Virus record (IMG/VR): IMGVR_UViG_3300029258_005404
Origin: a virus
DNA: 64,000 nt
Direction: 5' to 3' (one strand)
The number at the start of each line of letters is the position of its first letter. The stretch's first letter is position 1. This document shows positions 18,540 to 27,637 of the stretch, piece by piece. The translations under genes and the position numbers were made by a program. The notes beneath the pieces are model-generated. The model made no database searches and was not told where the DNA came from. It worked only from the letters and a program-made list of their open reading frames with translations.

Positions 18540-19123
18540 TGAATTACTTTATCGATACAGAATTTATTGAAGATGGTATTATCCTTGATCTTCTCAGTAT
18601 TGGTATTATTTCAGAAGATGGAAAGGAAATGTATCTTCTTAACTCTGGTGCACGCATCATGAGAGCAGATAGTTGGGTAAAAAATAATGTATTAAAATAC
18701 CTTCCAGGTATTACTATAACTGACAAAGGTGATATCCAATGTGATGAAAAATATCCAAACCCAATGTTCGGATGGGTTTCTATACATGGTATAATGCTCC
18801 AAATAATTGAATTAGTCAATGGTGATAATAAACCGGTATTCTGGGCTGATTATGGAGCGTATGATTGGGTTGCTTTTGCAAGGTGTTTTGGTAGACTAAT
18901 AGATCTTCCTAAAGAATTTCCAATGTACGTAAAGGATTTTCAGATGCTTCTTGATATATGTGGAAATCCAAATTTACCACAATTGCGAAATAAAAATAAT
19001 ATAGAGCATAAAGCTATTGATGACGCGCGCCATCTTAAAATGCAATTTGAATATATTAATAAACGATTTGAAATAACTGTTGATGATCATGAAAACAAAT
19101 CGGTATTTACAGCAGAATTATGA
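18539..19123 (+). CDS. DEDDh 3'-5' exoribonuclease, Rv2179c-like (second paralog)
   Basis: YFIDTEFIED, FWADYGAYDWV, HKAIDDARH. Confidence 0.85.
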   Translation: MNYFIDTEFIEDGIILDLLSIGIISEDGKEMYLLNSGARIMRADSWVKNNVLKYLPGITITDKGDIQCDEKYPNPMFGWVSIHGIMLQIIELVNGDNKPVFWADYGAYDWVAFARCFGRLIDLPKEFPMYVKDFQMLLDICGNPNLPQLRNKNNIEHKAIDDARHLKMQFEYINKRFEITVDDHENKSVFTAEL

Positions 19124-19205
19124 AAATAAAACAGCCTCGTGATAAGATCGGTCGGTATCGAACTTATTATCTGGCCGCAAAAGTTCTCAAATTTGGAATA
19201 TCAAT

Positions 19206-19532
19206 ATGGCACGGAATGAGAAAAAAATTCAAACGAAAATCTTAAAAGACCTAGAGTCTTTTGGAAAGTATTGCGAATGCTTTAAAATAGAAAAGGCAAA
19301 TAAGAATGGTGAGCCTGATATATTCTTTACCACATTACTTACTGGCGCTGTTTTTATTGAATGTAAGCGCCTTACCGGATATGCTAAAAGATTACAGCTA
19401 TTTAAAATAGAAAAATTGAAAAATTGTGGATGTAAAGCATTTGTATGCCACTCATGGGAAGAGTGGTGCGAAATAAAAAATGAACTTGGTTTAACAAAAA
19501 TAGCTGTTATCCGCTTATACAATATGGAATAA
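19206..19532 (+). CDS. VRR-NUC domain nuclease
   Basis: EKKIQTKI...NGEPDIF...FIECKR...LQLFKIEKLKNCG, a PD-(D/E)XK VRR-NUC pattern. Confidence 0.85.
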   Translation: MARNEKKIQTKILKDLESFGKYCECFKIEKANKNGEPDIFFTTLLTGAVFIECKRLTGYAKRLQLFKIEKLKNCGCKAFVCHSWEEWCEIKNELGLTKIAVIRLYNME

Positions 19533-19576
19533 CTATAATGTAAAGAATAATATTCATATTAAGGAGGATATATATA

Positions 19577-21508
19577 ATGGACCAAACATTTGGTTTTATA
19601 GAAGTATGGCTCGCTGATATTTTACATATTGAATATCTTGAGTATGCGCTTGAAAATGGTTCAATTGCTGCTGCTGTCGGGCAAGATGGTTTTAATGAAT
19701 CATTTACTGCTATATCATATTTATGGGAAAAATTTGACCAAGATGATGCATTTAGACCAAGAGTGGTTGATTCAATAATTTCTGGTATGAAAATTGCAAT
19801 CCATAAATATTGGGCTAATGATGACTTGTTAAATGATTTAACAGGTGAGCGTGCAAAATTATCAGAAGTTTATCTTAACGTTATCGGAATTGGTCCTGGT
19901 AGATTTTCGCTTGATGCAATTAAGGATGAAATAAATAATAGAAATATAAATATACATCAGGATAATAATGCTGATATAAACAACAATGAGGCCATTCCTG
20001 AAGAACAAAATGTTGATATTAAACAGAATAAGGAATTGCAGTTTGATACTATTCCAATATGGAAAACGCGAATTGAAGAAATTGTTCATATTATAAAATC
20101 GATTACATACCTTGATCCAACTCGTGATGAAATATTTGGTGAAGATAAAGTGAGAGTTGTGTCATTTAAGGGTGAAGAAGTTAGTGATGATCAATTTGAT
20201 AGAATTATTAAAACAGCAAAAGGAATTAAAAAAAGTGTCATATGCATTTATAGCGCATCTGATGCAAATTTGATAATCGATGCGTTAAAACGTAATTATA
20301 ATATGGATGATATATCAAAATATGTATTATTTTTTATTCATTCATTACCAACAAGTAAATTTACATTAACTGAAAATGCAAAATCTCTTTGTTTTGGATA
20401 TGAAATAGATGAGATATATAAAATACCAGGCACATCAAATGAAAATGACGAGATAAATAAAATAAGAAACGACAATTCGTTAAATGATGCTGAAAAGCAA
20501 GATTCTATCAATTTAATTCTTGCAGAAAGAAAAAATTCTCCTATATATAAATTCGATGGAATATACAAAGATACTGTTACTAATGTAATATGGGCTGTTA
20601 AAGACAGATGTATTATATACTTTTTGATTCCATATTCTACTGGAAAAAATACGGCAGTATATAAATGTATATATAACGAATTAATAAGAAGGTATTTAAA
20701 ATCTTTACCATATAGAGAACTTGTCAAAATAGATCTTGAATATATGGAAAAGATGCATAGCAATAATAAAGAAGATTATATTAACTTTGCTGTAGAAAGT
20801 TCAAAAGTTATTACTGAGCAAATTAAAAAAAAAATGGAACAGCATCGCAGCCAATATAAAGAACATCTTGATCAAGCTATGGAGCATGCAAAACTATTTC
20901 AAAAATATTTTGATCAGATTTCATATTTCGATGAAAAAAAATTTATAAAAGATCAACGTAATAAAGCAAATGAAAATTATGAACAAACTATGGCAATTGA
21001 TAAAATAAGTGCTATTACGGTAAAAGATAATACTGTACATGTGTATACACATAATTTATATGCGCAGGATGAAAGGACTAAACGTTGGCATGACATAGGA
21101 ACTTTTCATATTGCAATAGGGATGCATAGTAATGCATATGATGCAAATAGAACAGTAATAATTAAAAATACTAAACATATGATACAAGTTGGAGCTTCAA
21201 AAATGAATGCCCCGCATGTGTGGGAAAATGGAACCTTTTGTCATGGAAATCTTGCTTCAGGAATGATTGATGCATATAAAAGGAAAAATTTATTTGAATT
21301 AGTTTACCAATTAATATTATTTCTTGAATCAGCGAATACATCGGATTCTGCTGGTGAAAAGGTAAATAGATGGCCAGAAGTTTCAGAAGAAGTTGCATTG
21401 AATACAGATTATAATCAAAACTCTGTTTATGAAATAATGGAACAAATGGCACAAGCTGAAAAGAAATTTGATGATGCATTAGCAGATGCAATACCTATTC
21501 ATATTTAA
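19577..21508 (+). CDS. Large protein with coiled coil and C-terminal prokaryotic E2 (UBC-like) domain
   Basis: C-terminal APHVWENGTFCHGN (cf. E2 HPNxxxxGxIC), candidate catalytic Cys555; homologous to the C-terminus of the next ORF; first gene of the E2-E2-JAB-E1-Ubl operon. Confidence 0.7.
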   Translation: MDQTFGFIEVWLADILHIEYLEYALENGSIAAAVGQDGFNESFTAISYLWEKFDQDDAFRPRVVDSIISGMKIAIHKYWANDDLLNDLTGERAKLSEVYLNVIGIGPGRFSLDAIKDEINNRNINIHQDNNADINNNEAIPEEQNVDIKQNKELQFDTIPIWKTRIEEIVHIIKSITYLDPTRDEIFGEDKVRVVSFKGEEVSDDQFDRIIKTAKGIKKSVICIYSASDANLIIDALKRNYNMDDISKYVLFFIHSLPTSKFTLTENAKSLCFGYEIDEIYKIPGTSNENDEINKIRNDNSLNDAEKQDSINLILAERKNSPIYKFDGIYKDTVTNVIWAVKDRCIIYFLIPYSTGKNTAVYKCIYNELIRRYLKSLPYRELVKIDLEYMEKMHSNNKEDYINFAVESSKVITEQIKKKMEQHRSQYKEHLDQAMEHAKLFQKYFDQISYFDEKKFIKDQRNKANENYEQTMAIDKISAITVKDNTVHVYTHNLYAQDERTKRWHDIGTFHIAIGMHSNAYDANRTVIIKNTKHMIQVGASKMNAPHVWENGTFCHGNLASGMIDAYKRKNLFELVYQLILFLESANTSDSAGEKVNRWPEVSEEVALNTDYNQNSVYEIMEQMAQAEKKFDDALADAIPIHI

Positions 21509-21524
21509 TTAAGAGGAGGACTTA

Positions 21525-22607
21525 TTGTTAACGTTGTTTATTAATCCGAATCTAGGCTTTACTATGAACACGCTTCCAGAAGGCATGTTCAATATTATGC
21601 AAAGTATAGATGTAGGTTCAGACAACACAATACAAGTCGTTATCGAAGATAATAGACTTGAAGAAGCTCGTGAAATACTGTCCGATGCTTATACTGGTTT
21701 TGTTAATTTCAACCAAACTGGAAGTATTGTTAAAGTTGATATTGGTGCAGAACCGGCAGAGCCTGAAGATCATGGTATTGAAATCGAAGAAGAGGGTAAT
21801 GAAGAAGAGGAATTGGACGAAAGAGACGATGCTCCTGAAATTGAAATTCCACCTGCTGGACAGGCAGTACCACGAGAAAATGAACCTGGCCAAGACGCGC
21901 CGATTCAACGTAATACAATGATCGAACCTTCTGTGGTACGAGAAAATATCATAGAAGATAACAATCAGCCATATACTGTACAGGTATATGCTTTAATTGC
22001 ACAAGCAGTTGGCGGTGAGAGTGTAAATCTTGCCAAACAACTTGATGAAGCAATACGTCAATTTAATATTCATTTCAATAAAGCACTTGCTTTAAAGCGT
22101 CAAGTTGACTCTGCAACTCAAAGATTTACAGAATCAAGCCCTGAAATAATTAACCTTGTTGAACAGGCAAACACTCTTGCCGAGCAGTATGAGCTTGTTG
22201 AAAGGGTGTATTTTACAAATGAAGAGCTTGTATTTATTACAATACCACTCATCACTGATGACAGGTGGGATGGTCACAGGCGACTTATCGGGTCTATGAG
22301 AATAGGAATAGCACTTGAGGCTTTATTCTCACCAAATCCAACAAGTGATAATAATGCGATATCAATCAAAAACCTTACTCACAGATATGTAAGCGGTTCA
22401 GGTCGCATATGGGAGTGTGGTCATTTTGATTCTCAAGGGCGTTCTTGTTTTGGAACTGCTTTTAATGCAATATTTGATGCTATTGTATCAAGAGATTTAA
22501 CTTATATTATTGAATCTTTGATTCGATTTATTAAATCTCCTAATCCGAATGATTCATGGGGTAGTCATATGAAATATTGGCCAATAGCACCAATAGAAGA
22601 GGAATAG
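21525..22607 (+). CDS. Second E2 (UBC-like) domain protein with acidic N-terminus and coiled coil
   Basis: CGHFDSQGRSCFGT, candidate Cys308; shares IGxxxIxI, IKNxxH and NxxDSxG-x5-WP with the upstream paralog; TTG start with AGGAGG SD. Confidence 0.7.
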   Translation: MLTLFINPNLGFTMNTLPEGMFNIMQSIDVGSDNTIQVVIEDNRLEEAREILSDAYTGFVNFNQTGSIVKVDIGAEPAEPEDHGIEIEEEGNEEEELDERDDAPEIEIPPAGQAVPRENEPGQDAPIQRNTMIEPSVVRENIIEDNNQPYTVQVYALIAQAVGGESVNLAKQLDEAIRQFNIHFNKALALKRQVDSATQRFTESSPEIINLVEQANTLAEQYELVERVYFTNEELVFITIPLITDDRWDGHRRLIGSMRIGIALEALFSPNPTSDNNAISIKNLTHRYVSGSGRIWECGHFDSQGRSCFGTAFNAIFDAIVSRDLTYIIESLIRFIKSPNPNDSWGSHMKYWPIAPIEEE

Positions 22608-22617
22608 CAACAATAAT

Positions 22618-23538
22618 ATGGATTATTTCAAACCTGATAATCGTAAAACAACGTATAGAATCCTAGCAGATGATAAAAAAAAAGCGCCGCGTATAATATT
22701 TAGTATCACGGCGCTTAAATGGATTAAGGTTCTTATGGATGAACATGACACTGAAATTGGATTTTATGCGATTGTGGATGAAAGAGAAGCTGGTGAATAC
22801 TATGTTCATAATGTATTCTACCCGAAACATGAACTTGTTACAGGAGGAACGTGTGAAATATCCCCGGAGGGTGAGACTGAGATCATGCAATACCTTATTG
22901 ATAAAGGCAGAGAAGATGATATTGCCAAAATAAGGTTCTGGGGACATAAACATCCTGGGCATTGTGCAACAGGCCCATCAGGGCAAGATGAAAAACAGGC
23001 TATAGATAGAATGAATTCTACTGGAGCCTATTTAGTAAGAGCCATATGTAGTGGCACTGAAATAAGTGTATCATTCTTCGATTATGATAATAAAATAAGG
23101 TTCGATAATATCAAATGGGAAGTTGAAGAAGATAATAGAACCGCTATTATGATTGACAGATTGAACAAGCTTCAAGGTGTGTTTGATGGTGAAACCACCG
23201 AAGAAAATGTAGATGCTCGCTATACTGAAATAGCAAAAATATTTTCAGTAGATAGTGAGATAGAGGCTATAAAGGCCAAAGTAAAAGAATTGAAAAAAGT
23301 CAATATTCCAAATGAAAATGAATCAAAATATTATGGAAATAGACGAAATTATTCAATTAAAGATATTAGGAGTCAGCCGTGGAAAAATGGTGATAATGTT
23401 CAACAAACAACATTATTACCAAACAGACCAACGTCTCAAAGTAATATTGGTCTCGATGAAAATGAAACTGTTTTATTGCTTGATGAAATCGATCAGGAAA
23501 TCGATGATTTCTATGGGGCGTATAGAGGGGGCTACTAA
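22618..23538 (+). CDS. JAB/MPN metallopeptidase (deubiquitinase-like)
   Basis: N-terminal TEIG Glu and GHKHPGHCATGPSGQD (HxH...SxxD JAMM motif). Confidence 0.85.
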   Translation: MDYFKPDNRKTTYRILADDKKKAPRIIFSITALKWIKVLMDEHDTEIGFYAIVDEREAGEYYVHNVFYPKHELVTGGTCEISPEGETEIMQYLIDKGREDDIAKIRFWGHKHPGHCATGPSGQDEKQAIDRMNSTGAYLVRAICSGTEISVSFFDYDNKIRFDNIKWEVEEDNRTAIMIDRLNKLQGVFDGETTEENVDARYTEIAKIFSVDSEIEAIKAKVKELKKVNIPNENESKYYGNRRNYSIKDIRSQPWKNGDNVQQTTLLPNRPTSQSNIGLDENETVLLLDEIDQEIDDFYGAYRGGY

Positions 23539-24308
23539 TGGATTATATACGGCAATTAGGGTTACTTGACCCAAAAGATATAAAGAAAAAAAGTGTTTCG
23601 ATAATTGGGGTCGGAGCTACTGGAAGTCATGTCGCACTGTACCTCGCCCAACTTGGGTGGGGAAATTTAGCGCATGAACAGGGAATAATAAGAGTTTTTG
23701 ATGACGATATTATTGAAGAGCACAATATTTGTAATCAAATTTATGAACCATCCCAGGTTGGTAAATCAAAAGTAGAAGCTCTTAATGAAATTATAAAACG
23801 TAAATGTAATTTTGAGATTGAAACACATAAAGAGATGGTAACAAATCAAAAAAGTGTTCAATCTACTTATGTTTTTATTCTCACAGATACAATGGCATCA
23901 AGAAAAGAAATATTCGAAAATTGTTTAAGATTTAGTTTCAATACAGACTTGGTAATCGAAACACGGATGGGTTTGCGTGAAGGTCGGGTTTATGCATTCA
24001 ATCCACACGATGGAGATCAAGTTTTGGCATGGAAAGATACGCTGTATAGCGATGAAGAGGCAAACGTATCTGCATGCGGAGCAAGCGCATCAATAATTAC
24101 AACCACTACATTTCTTGCGAGCCTCGCATGTGGAAGGGTCGTGCAGCATTTCAATGGAAAGTATGGGACTGATGATAAAATATCAAAACCAGATCGGTCT
24201 CAGAAATTATGGAATGAGGTTCACTTTTCCCTTTACCCTGAATCATTTTATTATAGAATGTTCAATGGAGGGGAGCCTCAGTTCATTCAGCAGAACTTAA
24301 ATCAATAA
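23538..24308 (+). CDS. ThiF/E1-like ubiquitin-activating enzyme
   Basis: IIGVGATGS (GxGxxG), DDDIIEEHNICNQ, GKSKVEA, TDTMASR, candidate catalytic Cys in SACG; lacks the MoeB/ThiF CxxC zinc pairs. Confidence 0.9.
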   Translation: MDYIRQLGLLDPKDIKKKSVSIIGVGATGSHVALYLAQLGWGNLAHEQGIIRVFDDDIIEEHNICNQIYEPSQVGKSKVEALNEIIKRKCNFEIETHKEMVTNQKSVQSTYVFILTDTMASRKEIFENCLRFSFNTDLVIETRMGLREGRVYAFNPHDGDQVLAWKDTLYSDEEANVSACGASASIITTTTFLASLACGRVVQHFNGKYGTDDKISKPDRSQKLWNEVHFSLYPESFYYRMFNGGEPQFIQQNLNQ

Positions 24309-24341
24309 CTATTTTCCAACGAAAGGGTTTTTGCTAATATA

Positions 24342-24821
24342 ATGATTTGTGCAAAACTCATCCAGATGGGTAAACCAATTCAGGATGCTGAAATTTCTGG
24401 TAACCCAACTGTGCAGGGACTGTTAAACGCTCTTAGCGTTACGGTTCCGGCAAATAGCACCATTACTCGAAATGGTGTAGAGGTAAATTTATACACCCAA
24501 CTGTACAACGGAGACAAAGTCTTCATCGGAACAAAAACAAAAGGAAATGTTGATGAACCATTCGAAGTTCAGTTAATTCGTATGGGGGCTGGCGGCGGAA
24601 TTGAAAAACTTCCCGCCACGGACGGGATGACTATTCAGGAAGTTATCGATCAGCTCAGTGAAGAAAAGAAAGCATCTTTTAAACACGCTGATGGTAGCCC
24701 TGCTTACGAATACCGTATCGGCACACGGAAGGTTGAGTTAACTGAAAAACTTTATAGCCCAACCGGAAGTGATATATTAAGAATTATATTATCTCAAAAG
24801 GTAAAAGGCAATAAGTCTTAA
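24342..24821 (+). CDS. Ubiquitin-like protein with two tandem beta-grasp units
   Basis: Two related units beginning xLIxMG, each ending in KGN (aa 67-69 and 155-157); follows E1 and JAB genes. Confidence 0.75.
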   Translation: MICAKLIQMGKPIQDAEISGNPTVQGLLNALSVTVPANSTITRNGVEVNLYTQLYNGDKVFIGTKTKGNVDEPFEVQLIRMGAGGGIEKLPATDGMTIQEVIDQLSEEKKASFKHADGSPAYEYRIGTRKVELTEKLYSPTGSDILRIILSQKVKGNKS

Positions 24822-24853
24822 AGCCGCGTATTAACCTCTTAATAACGACAATT

Positions 24854-24885
24854 ACGGGGAATAATTTAATTCCCCGTTTTTGTTT
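24854..24885 (+). terminator. Terminator closing the ubiquitin-like operon
   Basis: ACGGGGAAT / ATTCCCCGT stem followed by TTTTGTTT. Confidence 0.8.
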
Positions 24886-24905
24886 AGAAAGGAACTCGTG
24901 ACTTA

Positions 24906-25304
24906 ATGGGAGCAATGTTAAAAATAGTAGCATTGATTAATGGTAAGACAAGCGAATGCAGTGTTGAATTAGATTGTGTTGACATTGTTCAGTGTAATTA
25001 TCACAAAGATTCAGATGATATTATTGAAGTCGGCCGAAGAGGTAAATTAATTATCGATACCACTTCATCAAATAGGATATCGATTGACACAGGAGTTCAG
25101 GGAAAAATTCTGTGTATACTGGCTGATACAAAACTCGAGGCACCAATATATTATAAAGGTATTGATGGTGTTCTCAAAATGTATACTGGCTGGAAGCTAT
25201 ATTCCAGAAGCAAAGAAAATTTCCTGCAGTATATACTTGGAAAAGGGGGATTTGTGCCATCAAAACAAAATGATGACACTGATAATAAATCGGAAAAATC
25301 ATAA
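24906..25304 (+). CDS. Hypothetical protein
   Basis: 132 aa with AAGGA SD; last + strand gene before the convergence point. Confidence 0.6.
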   Translation: MGAMLKIVALINGKTSECSVELDCVDIVQCNYHKDSDDIIEVGRRGKLIIDTTSSNRISIDTGVQGKILCILADTKLEAPIYYKGIDGVLKMYTGWKLYSRSKENFLQYILGKGGFVPSKQNDDTDNKSEKS

Positions 25305-25329
25305 TGGGGCCGATTGGCCCCATTGTTTT
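25303..25329 (+). terminator. Terminator at the convergent junction
   Basis: AATGGGGCC-gatt-GGCCCCATT followed by GTTTT. Confidence 0.65.
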
Positions 25330-25429
25330 AGCTATGAGCAATTTTTTTAGCTATAACGCACATGCCCGATCAAGAGACCGGACAAGGCGGGTCTCCGAGC
25401 GAGGGTTAGGGTGGCTCTTACCCGGCGAC

Positions 25430-27529
25430 CTAAACTGGAGAATTTGGAGAAACTGGCGGTCTTGATTCCGGCAATTGTTTGTTATACTGTTTTTTATTAA
25501 ATGATTGATTTGCAGTAACCGGATCTGCCCCCATTTCTGTAGGGGTCGGTGGTGTTTCTGCACCAATATCACCTTGGCTATATACTGGAAATTCACCAGG
25601 GGTCATTTTTTGAGCAAGTTGTTTATCTGGATTAATATCAGCTTCAATAATATTTAATTCTTTAAGATTATTATATACCTCTTGATAAAGAGATGGCGTT
25701 GAATTTTTCATTATAAGCATGCGCATTTTAAATTCATCAGGATTTGTTTTTGCTGCAATTGCAAACCTCTGAGTAAGCATAAGGATAAGGTTTGGCACAG
25801 GTATAGTTAACGGATCGAGGCCACTTCTTGCTGCTGCAATTGCAACCTCTTCAGCAATTGTATCTGCATTTTCCTCATGCATTTGAGTATCAAGCTCTTC
25901 TTTTTTACCCTGAGATTCTCTATCATGAACCTCAAGGCGATCAGCATTTGCAGCTTGCGCGTCAGCTTGATACATTGCATTAACAACAGATGCAGAACCT
26001 TGAGCAGTTGCTTCGCCCTCCATCTCTTCTATCATCAATTCAATATTTTTCTTCAATTCTTTCAATTTAAGTTCGTATTCTTGTTCAGGATCAAAACCAA
26101 GCTCTTTTGTAACTGTTGTTTTTGACATAAGAGTTTTTGATGCCGACCCGAGGGCTGCATTAACAATAAGTTGTTTTTTCTGCATATCATCAGCCATTTT
26201 GAAATCAGCCATTCTAATATCTATTTCAGGCATATCAAGGTATCTGGAAACATTTTCAACTACAAATTCGAGATATTCATGCATATCATTGCGATGATTA
26301 ATAAATGTATTTTCAACAACTCGGAGAGAAACATTGCTACCTGACCACGACGCTCCACCACGAATAATTTCAGGAATAATACCTATCCCTGTTATTATTG
26401 TATCCTCTGTCGCTTTTAATTCTGGAGTAATAGAAAGAACTTTTGCGTCACCACTAAAATTAATTTGCCCTATTGGTAAAGGAACAACAGAAATATAATT
26501 AGGGTCAGCTTTCCATTTTCTTATCTCATCTTCAATTTTTGTTCTCCATCCTGAAAGATTAACTGTGGCATGTGGACTGATATCACCTGTCCCTTGTGGA
26601 AAAAGAAGTCTTAAAGGAACAATATGATCAAAGGCAATCATTTCATTTCCTTTTTTCAAAATCTTCGTATGAAAGATATCTTTCATAACAGGCATAATTG
26701 CAGGAATTCCCCATCCACGTTCTGACGATATAACATATTGTGGGCCAGATCTTTTTAAATGGAATACGTTATCAGCCATTAATTTTAATGGCTTTTTTTT
26801 CTTAACGGCCTCTATAACTTCAAGCCTGGTAGTACTGATAATATCAATATCGCCACGTTTAATTGCGACTTCCATCTGCGGAGGGATTTTATAAAAATAA
26901 AAATGATCACCACTAATAGTATTGTATTTAATATCAATGTATATCAAATCCCAATGGATAAGATTGAATTTATCTATTTCTTTTGTATTTCTATCACGAG
27001 CTTCGAGTCGTCCATCAGATTTACATTTGGGGCATTTTCCATAAAATTTATAATCTTTGAATTTATATTTTATTGAATCAGCTGCAAATCTATGATTACA
27101 TTGTTTACAAGTAAAAAATCTTTTAAATGGGTAATTTATGGATATAATTGCATTTCCGTAAGCATAATAATCCATTCCGGCTTGTTTCATAGATCTAATA
27201 ATTTTGAGCTTTTTTTCAAGTATTTTTTTCCATTTTTCAATAGTTTTATCATCCTTTATTTCAGAGTCTTTGTCTTCATTATAGATTAAATCTGTAATAG
27301 GATATTCTGATAATTTAGTTATACATTGTGAAACAAACCCATCACTGAGAACACATGCTGCTATATATCGAATAAGGGATTTAATACTTTTTGGTATAAA
27401 AGTGCTTGTCATGTCCATAAATGGACTATCATATTTTAACGAGCCCCTGGTAAATGCTATTTTAAGATTACTTCCACTATCAGCTCCGCCACCAGAAATA
27501 CCAGGACCAACTAATCCCTCATTTGCCAT
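25430..27529 (-). CDS. Probable portal protein with a zinc-ribbon insertion
   Basis: 699 aa at the edge of the structural block; YYAYGNAIISI and FHLKR...RGWGIPAIMPV resemble portal segments; CKQC...CPKC insert; helical, acidic C-terminus. Confidence 0.5.
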   Translation of the reverse strand: MANEGLVGPGISGGGADSGSNLKIAFTRGSLKYDSPFMDMTSTFIPKSIKSLIRYIAACVLSDGFVSQCITKLSEYPITDLIYNEDKDSEIKDDKTIEKWKKILEKKLKIIRSMKQAGMDYYAYGNAIISINYPFKRFFTCKQCNHRFAADSIKYKFKDYKFYGKCPKCKSDGRLEARDRNTKEIDKFNLIHWDLIYIDIKYNTISGDHFYFYKIPPQMEVAIKRGDIDIISTTRLEVIEAVKKKKPLKLMADNVFHLKRSGPQYVISSERGWGIPAIMPVMKDIFHTKILKKGNEMIAFDHIVPLRLLFPQGTGDISPHATVNLSGWRTKIEDEIRKWKADPNYISVVPLPIGQINFSGDAKVLSITPELKATEDTIITGIGIIPEIIRGGASWSGSNVSLRVVENTFINHRNDMHEYLEFVVENVSRYLDMPEIDIRMADFKMADDMQKKQLIVNAALGSASKTLMSKTTVTKELGFDPEQEYELKLKELKKNIELMIEEMEGEATAQGSASVVNAMYQADAQAANADRLEVHDRESQGKKEELDTQMHEENADTIAEEVAIAAARSGLDPLTIPVPNLILMLTQRFAIAAKTNPDEFKMRMLIMKNSTPSLYQEVYNNLKELNIIEADINPDKQLAQKMTPGEFPVYSQGDIGAETPPTPTEMGADPVTANQSFNKKQYNKQLPESRPPVSPNSPV

Positions 27530-27637
27530 TTATAATTTTCCTTTAATATTGATTTATATTAGAAAGTGCGGCAGCTTTCTCTACCACTTTTAAACAAAAC
27601 TTATTAATAATATAGCACTCCATCATATAATTACAAT

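Noticed and set aside
25325-25354. GTTTTAGCTATG resembling a type II CRISPR repeat, with TTTTAGCTAT occurring twice
   Set aside because: Only two 10-nt copies 19 nt apart; no repeat-spacer array and no cas genes.
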